A stretch of DNA of 64,000 nucleotides. Source: Macrostomum lignano (lineage: Eukaryota). The stretch lies in contig NIVC01003142.1 of the NCBI GenBank assembly GCA_002269645.1, positions 9,051 through 73,050 of the forward strand, written 5' to 3'. The notes beneath the pieces were generated by a model, which was not told the origin of the DNA, did no database searches, and worked only from the letters and a program-made list of their open reading frames with translations. Each line of letters starts with the position of its first letter. The first letter of the stretch is position 1. Both the position numbers and the translations under genes were made by a program. Shown here in pieces: positions 62,755-64,000 of the stretch.

Positions 62755-62960
62755 AGTGTGGCACTGTCAGCACTCACTCACTCAGTGTGACACTGTCAGC
62801 ACTCACTCACTCAGTGTGACACTGTCAGCACTCACTCACTCAGTGTGACACTGTCAGCACTCACTCACTCAGTGTGACACTATCAGCACTCACTCACTCA
62901 GTGTGACACTGTCAGCACTCACTCACTCAGTGTGACACTGTCAGCACTCACTCACTCAGT
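62755..62960. repeat. 29-bp tandem repeat (CAGTGTGACACTGTCAGCACTCACTCACT), about 7 copies, palindromic core
   Basis: Direct tandem units with a CAGTGTGACACTG hairpin. Confidence 0.92.
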
Positions 62961-64000
62961 ATAAAAAGTTCAACAAAGTACTTTCTATTTGAAGAGTTTA
63001 GTCATAAGAAGCGTCGTTCTTATTTAATATTGTATCATTCACATATATGAAAGCTTTTTTCTGACTTGCTGGCAGATGTTTTTGCCTTTTTCTGGGGGGG
63101 GGGTGTAGAGGGAGGGGTTGGCTCTAAGTGGCAGGACAGGGTGGCGTGTTTTTCAAAGCTTCTCTAGAATGGATTTCCTTGGAAAAAACGCAGTAGGTTC
63201 TTTTTGAATGTTGACTGGTCACTGGTTTGGGTAATATAATATATAAGGCTAGAGAGCATAGTTTGACTTTGCCAATTTTTACAGTTCGATACTACCTTAC
63301 TCACTATTTCTCCTACTCATTTTATTGAGCAGTTAAGAAGCATATTCGCTAGTCTTCGGGAAGCTTCTTTAAGCGAAGCTTCAGGCAACTCCATATTTTT
63401 GTTTACAAGCAACTGATAGGGAGCGGTTTTTTTCCATCCATTCCTCCATCCCCTGTACGGCATATAGTAAATATGGTTTGTCTCTATCTACCTAGGTAGG
63501 TATGTGTGATTGATTTCAGAATAAAAATGGCTTAACCGATTTTAATGAAACTTGCACCGTTGGTTTAGATCAGAAATTTTCCCGTGACGGTACATGTGTC
63601 GTGGCTAAGAATTTTTTCGATGCTAAAGGGATTAAATATTCTAAAAGCATGCTTTTCGACTGTGAATGCATTGTGAAAAGATGAAAAAACTGAGGAGAAA
63701 AAACTGACTGACTGAATTCTGATTCTGATAAAGGTTGCATCACAACAGCTACAATTTATGTCATCGATTCGATGACAGCTAGCCTAGATGTGAACAGACT
63801 GAACTGCTAATGCAGTGACCTGGGCTCGAATTTTGAGTGTGTAAAATTTTTTTATTAAAATCTTTTTCAAAGTGAAGAAGTGTAGACTCAACGAAAGAAG
63901 GAATACAGAAGTTAATAAATTAATAAAAAACTAATTAATGAAGCGTCATGCCAACCATAAAACAACATCATGTCAGACATTAAGAAGGCGTCATGTCGAA

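Overview
Eukaryotic (metazoan) genomic DNA, very rich in repeats. The minisatellite-filled introns, GC-rich CAG-rich exons and TE mix resemble a free-living flatworm such as Macrostomum, but this is inference only. Host genes are: the 3' part of a hemicentin-like gene (+, 132-10100); an NDRG-family alpha/beta-hydrolase-fold gene convergent with it (-, 12678-19987, first exon not found); a secreted WSC-domain gene with a tandemly duplicated exon (-, about 47484-49178); and a two-exon Q-rich coiled-coil gene (+, 52025-54698). Mobile DNA includes a full-length Ty3/Gypsy element with identical LTRs (29659-34188), an internally deleted mariner with long TIRs (61055-62455), P-like and other MITEs, a tRNA-derived SINE, and decayed LINE, mariner, MULE and BEL/Pao relics. 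About 20 tandem arrays are present. The most unusual signals are three. (1) The Gypsy primer-binding site is extended into a 53-nt antisense copy of tRNA-Ser(GCU), with a mismatch exactly at position 58 and an end at position 33, and it replaces the 5' end of gag. (2) Several kb-scale domains of old TE DNA are almost free of CpG, with direct in-window evidence of CG>TA double transitions, a RIP-like signature. (3) In both the hemicentin and NDRG genes, pairs of intronic minisatellites are reverse complements of each other and bracket groups of exons. All coordinates were counted by hand and may be off by a few bases.
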